From an uncultured virus (IMG/VR IMGVR_UViG_3300045996_002556) (lineage: Duplodnaviria > Heunggongvirae > Uroviricota > Caudoviricetes), in the IMG/VR virus record IMGVR_UViG_3300045996_002556: a DNA stretch of 20,000 nucleotides. One strand, given 5' to 3'. The notes beneath the pieces are model-generated. The model saw only the letters and a program-made list of their open reading frames with translations. It made no database searches and had not been told where the DNA came from. Both the position numbers and the translations under genes were made by a program. Below are positions 15,747 through 20,000 of the stretch, in pieces. Within the stretch, counting starts at the first letter, position 1, and each line of letters begins with the position of its first letter.

Positions 15747-15755
15747 TGGTATGAT
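15747..15755 (+). promoter_or_regulatory. Candidate extended -10 promoter (TGgTATGAT)
   Basis: Matches TGnTATAAT at all but one position; lies just upstream of SD AGGAGA (15762-15767) and ATG 15775. Confidence 0.4.
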
Positions 15756-15774
15756 TCCGTTAGGAGAACGACGA

Positions 15775-16308
15775 ATGTTGGACACGTCAATGACGGAACA
15801 GGAAACCGTAATCTACATCCCCGGCGACACCGTAGGAGTAGCCGTCAAGTACCCGCCAGGCCACGTCCCGCCGCCACTCTTTACCGAAGAATTGTTGGAG
15901 TGGATCGAGGCCCGCGAGCGCGAGGAGGAGGAACTCCGCGTCACCATCAACCCGTTACGCCTTATCCCTGCTAGGCAAGACTGGACTGGGGGAAGCTATC
16001 AGGTGCTCACCCCGCGAGGGCCACTGACCGCCGAGATGCAGGCCAACTACGCGGCCTATTCCCTAATCCGACAGGCGGGCTATGCGGGCTATTCGCCGAC
16101 CCGGCAGACCCGCCTGGCGCTAGGAGCCTGCGAACGGAGCAGCGTACGCCTGAGCCCCAAACTCTTGGAGCACGGCCTCTCGCGCCTGAACCAGGTCCGC
16201 CCGCAAGCCGGCTACTCGGTGCACATCACCGCCTCGGGCTCCTGGGAGGTCTGGCGCTGGGGCGATGGTAGCCTTCGCCGCGTAACCACCGCGCCCGTCG
16301 TGCGTTAG
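15775..16308 (+). CDS. Hypothetical protein (177 aa), opposite strand
   Basis: Start moved to ATG 15775 (SD AGGAGA); occupies a gap free of credible minus-strand genes. Confidence 0.6.
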   Translation: MLDTSMTEQETVIYIPGDTVGVAVKYPPGHVPPPLFTEELLEWIEAREREEEELRVTINPLRLIPARQDWTGGSYQVLTPRGPLTAEMQANYAAYSLIRQAGYAGYSPTRQTRLALGACERSSVRLSPKLLEHGLSRLNQVRPQAGYSVHITASGSWEVWRWGDGSLRRVTTAPVVR

Positions 16309-16441
16309 TCCTACCAGAGCCAGCCGCGCCGTCCTGGCAGCCTGCGGCGTGCGCTCTGAGCGGGGATCGCTCCCACCGGCCCTCGGCTACCCGTCCCGGT
16401 AGTCGGGGGCTGTTTGGCATTGTTTTGCGCGGGCGAAAGTT

Positions 16442-16628
16442 TCAGCGACGGCGACGGAGGCGCGGAGGCTGCCGCTGCTTTCGCGACTTCGCGGGCGGCG
16501 TTCCGTAGCGAGCCTCGAAGGAGGCTACCAGTCGCTCCACGCGCTCCTCGCTAAAGGGTAGGTCGAGGCACTCTTCCAGAACGTGGCCGACCTCGTGCAT
16601 CACGGTCCTGATGAACACCTCTTTGAAG
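16442..16628 (-). pseudogene. 3' half of IS-disrupted HExxH zincin-like gene
   Basis: Continues in frame from the 19637 ORF across the TSD: ...ISFKEVFIRTVMHEVGHVLEECLDLPFSEERVERLVASFEARYG...RRRR*. Confidence 0.85.
16621..16628 (+). repeat. Target-site duplication CTTTGAAG (left copy; right copy 19460-19467)
   Basis: Exact 8-bp direct repeats abutting both IRs; 8 bp is typical for IS1595. Confidence 0.95.
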
Positions 16629-16661
16629 GGGGATTATATACCTGACAAATCAGGGGCAGGA

Positions 16662-16701
16662 CGCAGTAAAGGCCACCCCTCGCCGGGTGGCCTTTACTGC
16701 G
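16662..16701. terminator. Perfect 17-bp-stem hairpin between the last cargo gene and the IR
   Basis: CGCAGTAAAGGCCACCC-CTCGCC-GGGTGGCCTTTACTGCG, starting 1 nt after the stop at 16703-16705. No terminal U-tract. Confidence 0.55.
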
Positions 16702-16702
16702 C

Positions 16703-17146
16703 CTAGGTGTGCTTGATACGGATTGGGTATTGAACAGGCGTCGCCTTCCACTTCCCCCACTCGCCTTCTCCCCTGTGGCGCTGTCGTAGCCACAGCCTAA
16801 TCTTGTAAACGCCTGCCTGGCCAATGGGGAAAGTTGGGAAGCGCAGGTTGATGCGATGCTTGTCAGAGGTAAACTCGAACGGCATCTCGGCGCTCAGCCC
16901 AGAGGACTTACCGTCAGGGCGCACAAGTCGGACCCGTTGCTCGAACTCGCATTCATCATCTCCCGGCTCGGCTAGCCAGAGAGTGCTCAGGACCCAGTTG
17001 AATGCCACGGCAGCATTTGGCGGGAGTGGCTTGTCGTGGGGGCCGCCAGCCGCAAGCACATCGAGGATGCCTATAATCGAGGCGTTGCCTGACTCCGCTT
17101 CAACAATCACCCGTTCTGCTGGCACGAAAATGAGTAACTGTGGCAT
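16703..17146 (-). CDS. DUF6941-like beta-sandwich protein (147 aa), IS passenger
   Basis: Start moved to ATG 17146. MPQLLIFVPAERVIVEAESGNASIIGILD...RLVRPDG...FPIGQAGVYKIRLWL follows the DUF6941 pattern as I recall it. Confidence 0.6.
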   Translation of the reverse strand: MPQLLIFVPAERVIVEAESGNASIIGILDVLAAGGPHDKPLPPNAAVAFNWVLSTLWLAEPGDDECEFEQRVRLVRPDGKSSGLSAEMPFEFTSDKHRINLRFPTFPIGQAGVYKIRLWLRQRHRGEGEWGKWKATPVQYPIRIKHT

Positions 17147-17157
17147 TGTGACGAAGC

Positions 17158-17619
17158 CTAGGCAGGAATAAGCTCGGCGCGGAGCCGCTTCCTCATCCTG
17201 CCCAAATGATTGGGCCTGTTCTGAACGCTCGGAGTTTGGCTGACAAGCCGGATTACCGGCTCGGCCGACCCTAGGCTTGAGTAGTAGGGGGCAAGCACCC
17301 GGGCCCATTGGTCGCGAAAATCAGCCCAATCCGTGTTGGGGGTGAAATCATACTCCGCAAGGAAGCACTTCAGATCTCGCCGGAGATAGTTACGCTGCCT
17401 ACTGGTGATGCGCCGCCGTAGCGTGCCAGTGATCAAGGCATCTGCCAAGACGCACTGAGGCGCCTCATGGTAGAGCAGCGACTCAGGGTCATCCAGCAAT
17501 TCCGAAATGTTGCTCACGCGCAACCAGTTTTCGGTATCAACAGCCGACCACCGAACGCCTTGCCGCAGAATTAGGCGGCAAATTGTTAGATATGACTGCT
17601 TTGAATCTGTGGTAGGCAT
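17158..17619 (-). CDS. Hypothetical helical protein (153 aa), IS passenger; possible partner/antitoxin
   Basis: Starts 9 nt after the ART-like gene's stop; contains LLYHEAP. The function is inferred from position only. Confidence 0.6.
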   Translation of the reverse strand: MPTTDSKQSYLTICRLILRQGVRWSAVDTENWLRVSNISELLDDPESLLYHEAPQCVLADALITGTLRRRITSRQRNYLRRDLKCFLAEYDFTPNTDWADFRDQWARVLAPYYSSLGSAEPVIRLVSQTPSVQNRPNHLGRMRKRLRAELIPA

Positions 17620-17628
17620 TGGCTTACT

Positions 17629-18153
17629 CTAAAGCGGAACACGCTGTACTACTGTCAAGTGCTCGCTTGCTCCCTCTTCAAACTTGTATTGACGAGGCTG
17701 GTCCCAGAGCAACTGCAGTCCATTGTGAAACAATGGCCCCCAGAGTATAGGGACCTGTCGGCTGGCGTTGCGGCCCTTGGGGCACTTGGGAGTAACGTAA
17801 TCCTCAGCATTGGCAAGCGTCACTTCGATTTTAGACAACTCTAGAAAGGTATCTGTTCGAATCGTTACATATATCAGGCAAGGCTGGCTACCAGCGCGGC
17901 TCGCTGATCTGGCGCGGGCTTGCTTCTTGGCCTTCTCGATCCCAGCCTCCCCGTATTCGCCCGTGCCGATGAATGCGTAAAACCCTTTGCCCAACTCTCC
18001 TGTGCCCAACTCCGGGTCAATGGGCACTCCGCGATCCAGTTCAGCATCCATCGTGGTGCCATGAACGAATCGAATCACATCACGGGCACACTTAACGAGC
18101 CCGTGTTCAGCAAGTTCCGCCTCATCTAGGTCTGGGGTGCCCTGTCCCGACAA
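17629..18153 (-). CDS. DUF3990-like / ADP-ribosyltransferase-fold protein (174 aa), IS passenger
   Basis: Ordered motifs FVHGTT, ELGKGFY, A..QA, ILWGP and Q-Y-K-F match the DUF3990 layout (HG[ST]...G.GFY...GP...Q..F). The TTG start is uncertain. Confidence 0.6.
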   Translation of the reverse strand: MSGQGTPDLDEAELAEHGLVKCARDVIRFVHGTTMDAELDRGVPIDPELGTGELGKGFYAFIGTGEYGEAGIEKAKKQARARSASRAGSQPCLIYVTIRTDTFLELSKIEVTLANAEDYVTPKCPKGRNASRQVPILWGPLFHNGLQLLWDQPRQYKFEEGASEHLTVVQRVPL

Positions 18154-18296
18154 CGACGAAGGTCCTTTTCGTCCTCGCGGACCGCTCGCTCGTCACGGAT
18201 CTCTTCCGCCGGCACAGCTAGCAGACGCTTGGCAAACGCCTCGAAGCGATCCCACTCGGTCGTATCCTTCGGCTTGACTGCCTCTGGACGTTCCAT
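18126..18296 (-). CDS. Small protein downstream of the transposase (56 aa)
   Basis: Below the ORF-track cutoff; SD AAGGAGG. Sequence MERPEAVKPKDTTEWDRFEAFAKRLLAVPAEEIRDERAVREDEKDLRRCRDRAPQT. Confidence 0.65.
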   Translation of the reverse strand: MERPEAVKPKDTTEWDRFEAFAKRLLAVPAEEIRDERAVREDEKDLRRCRDRAPQT

Positions 18297-18437
18297 CTGG
18301 CCCTCCTTCGAGGCACACGTGCCCCGGTGGGACCATTTTACCCCGATCGCTGCCTCGTGGCACTATGCAGGTTCCCCCTCGTCAGCTTGATTCCTTCTTC
18401 TCTTCCGACCCCGACCAGGCACCTTCAGGCGGCGTGG

Positions 18438-19400
18438 TCAAGAGCCGGGCTCAAGCAGTTTGCCGGTGAGTTCGGCGTAGGTGAGGCGCTTGCCCGCCAC
18501 CTGCCCCGCCACGGAGAGGAAGCGCCCCTGGTCGTCATCCTTCCGCTGGTTGAAGCGGAAAGCCTGCTCGTCCAGATAGCGGAACAGGTGGAAGGGCTCC
18601 ACGGAAACGTAGGTGCCGCCGAGGGCGCGCTTCAGGAGCGACCAGAAATTCTCGGCAGAATTGGTATGCACCTTACCTTCTACATAGTACTCCGCGTGAT
18701 CGACTACGGCGTGCTGATACTCCTCGTCCAGCCCCTCGTAGGACTTGAGCGCGTCGGTAAACAACTCCGCGCCCTTCTCTACCCGGTTCTTAACTTCGGC
18801 CTGGAGGGTTTTCTTGCGGCGATCTGCGACCACCGCCGTCTGCACCTGGCTCGGCTGGTCTTCAGTGCCCCGCTGCACGATGCCTAGCACCGGCGTCTTA
18901 TCCGCGCCACCCGTGCCAGTGATCCGTCGCGCCCGCTCCTTCGCGTGCATGTTACGGGCCTTGCCGCCAATGAACGTCTCGTCCGCTTCGACGGTGCCGG
19001 ACAGCTTCTCGAAGGTGCCGGTCTGCATCGCGAGGCGGATGCGGTGCAGCAAGAACCAAGCGGACTTCTGCGTGATCTTCAGGGCGCGGTGGATTTCGCA
19101 AGAGGAGATGCCGTTCTTCGCATTCCCAATCAGCCACATGGCACTCAGCCACTTGTCCAGCCCGAGCGGGCTATCTTCCATTACCGAGCCGGTCTTTACG
19201 GTGAACTGCTTGCGGCAGCCTCGGCACTGGAAGCGGAACCACTTCGCGAGGAACGACACGTCGGCGCTCTGGCAGTGGGGGCAAGCCACGCCTTCGGGCC
19301 AACGCAGGCTCACCATCAAATCGTGGGCGCGGTTCTTATCCGCGAAGTAGATGATGGCTTCCTGAAGGGAGGTGGGGGGAGTGGTGGTTTCGGGGTTCAT
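18438..19400 (-). CDS. tnp: IS1595-family (ISXO2-like) DDE transposase (320 aa)
   Basis: RWPEG, Zn ribbon CPHC...CRGC, HTH with KSAWFLLHRIR, VEADETFIGG, LFTDALKSY, HTNSAENFWSLLKR and YLDEQAFRFN; uninterrupted ORF. Confidence 0.97.
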   Translation of the reverse strand: MNPETTTPPTSLQEAIIYFADKNRAHDLMVSLRWPEGVACPHCQSADVSFLAKWFRFQCRGCRKQFTVKTGSVMEDSPLGLDKWLSAMWLIGNAKNGISSCEIHRALKITQKSAWFLLHRIRLAMQTGTFEKLSGTVEADETFIGGKARNMHAKERARRITGTGGADKTPVLGIVQRGTEDQPSQVQTAVVADRRKKTLQAEVKNRVEKGAELFTDALKSYEGLDEEYQHAVVDHAEYYVEGKVHTNSAENFWSLLKRALGGTYVSVEPFHLFRYLDEQAFRFNQRKDDDQGRFLSVAGQVAGKRLTYAELTGKLLEPGS

Positions 19401-19417
19401 AGCTTGCCTCTGCCACT

Positions 19418-19446
19418 ATCTTACGCCCCTGCCTCTGCTTTGTCAA
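19418..19446 (-). promoter_or_regulatory. Sigma70-type promoter of the transposase, partly within the IR
   Basis: Minus strand TTGACA (19446-19441), 17-nt spacer, TAAGAT (19423-19418); ends 17 nt upstream of the ATG. Confidence 0.75.
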
Positions 19447-19459
19447 GTATATAATCCCC

Positions 19460-19637
19460 CTTTGAAGGAGATGCCTTCTACCGCGTGCAGTCCGAGCATT
19501 GCACCGATGTTCAGGCGAATGATCGCCTCACCGCGCTTCACGGAAGGGGAGAGGTAAGCCCCGAAGGCAGGAAGGTCGTCGTCCCGCTCCGCCTTCACTT
19601 CCACGCGCAGGTCGCGCCAACCCGGCTCATCTGTCAT
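19460..19637 (-). pseudogene. 5' half of IS-disrupted HExxH zincin-like gene
   Basis: ATG 19637 with SD GAGGA. Reads MTDEPGW...VEGISFK, then enters the IR and stops after GGLYT. Confidence 0.85.
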
Positions 19638-19643
19638 CAGTCC

Positions 19644-19856
19644 TCACTCGTAGCGGGTATCCGGATTCCGCGCCAGTTGCAACCGGCGCGCCAGCAGATA
19701 CCGGCACTCGCTCTCCTCGAAGCGTCCGAGCCCGTAAGCGTCCCACACCGCCACTACGGCGGCAGATACCTCGCGGACGGCGGTCGGGTCCGTCTCGGCC
19801 AAGCTCAGGAACTCCTGCCCGGCATCGGTTAGCGCGAGGGGAGGGCGTGGAGTCAT
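19644..19856 (-). CDS. Hypothetical protein (~70 aa; start uncertain)
   Basis: MTPRPPLALTDAGQEFLSLAE...; ends 6 nt before the next start codon. Confidence 0.5.
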   Translation of the reverse strand: MTPRPPLALTDAGQEFLSLAETDPTAVREVSAAVVAVWDAYGLGRFEESECRYLLARRLQLARNPDTRYE

Positions 19857-20000
19857 TAGCAGGTTCGCCACTCGCCGGCCGTCAGATATCCATGCCAACG
19901 GCAGTCGTCAAGCTTCTGAATGCTAGGCGTCAGGGTAGGGGCATCCGGGTTGCCGTCCCACTCCCACTTCGGGCCGTGAATGCCCTCGGCCGCCGGGACG

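Larger units (their letters stand above)
16629..19459 (-). mobile_element. IS1595-family element with passenger genes (2831 bp)
   Basis: IRs 16629-16660 (GGGGATTATATACCTGACAAATCAGGGGCAGG) and 19428-19459 match at 29/32; 8-bp TSD; ISXO2-type transposase; visibly lower-GC cargo. Confidence 0.95.
1..20000 (-). mobile_element. Tailed phage / prophage virion morphogenesis region (boundaries lie outside the window)
   Basis: Co-oriented terS, terL, portal, scaffold and capsid genes, plus fibre-like genes and many tightly overlapping small ORFs. An IS insertion and a nonsense-interrupted gene favour a prophage. No integrase or att site is visible. Confidence 0.9.

Noticed and set aside
1..15754. Long plus-strand ORFs (1..510, 743..1918, 3303..4952, 7239..8051, 9570..10769, 10963..11805, 12015..13505, 14897..15754)
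   Set aside because: Antisense shadows of real minus-strand genes, expected in high-GC DNA; no motifs or SDs.
16226..16440. ORF 16226..16420 and a short hairpin near 16385-16405
   Set aside because: Low-complexity translation overlapping the plus-strand gene; the hairpin is short and has no U-tract.
18327..19454. Plus-strand ORFs over the transposase
   Set aside because: Antisense shadows of the IS1595 transposase.
1..20000. tRNA/rRNA genes, integrase/att sites, inteins or introns in terL, host taxonomy
   Set aside because: None recognisable by eye. TerL has normal length and contiguous motifs. The host cannot be assigned without a search.

Overview
This is a high-GC tailed-phage (probably prophage) morphogenesis region, almost entirely on the minus strand. 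Read right to left, it contains: (1) a small HExxH zincin-like gene split by a 2831-bp IS1595-family element (16629-19459; 32-bp imperfect IRs, 8-bp TSD CTTTGAAG). The element carries its transposase plus four passenger ORFs, including a DUF3990/ADP-ribosyltransferase-like protein, a possible partner and a DUF6941-like protein. (2) A block of virion/adsorption-type genes: an SGNH-esterase protein, a repeat-rich fibre-like protein, a DUF2292-like miniprotein and two decoration-like proteins. Unusually, this block lies upstream of the terminase. (3) The head module terS-terL-portal-scaffold-major capsid, with the capsid gene running off the window. Many small accessory ORFs interrupt it, among them a HiPIP-like 4-Cys protein and a second HExxH gene with an in-frame TGA. 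Several intergenic regions fold into minus-strand RNA hairpins or multi-stem leaders. All family assignments come from motif recognition by eye; no database searches were run.
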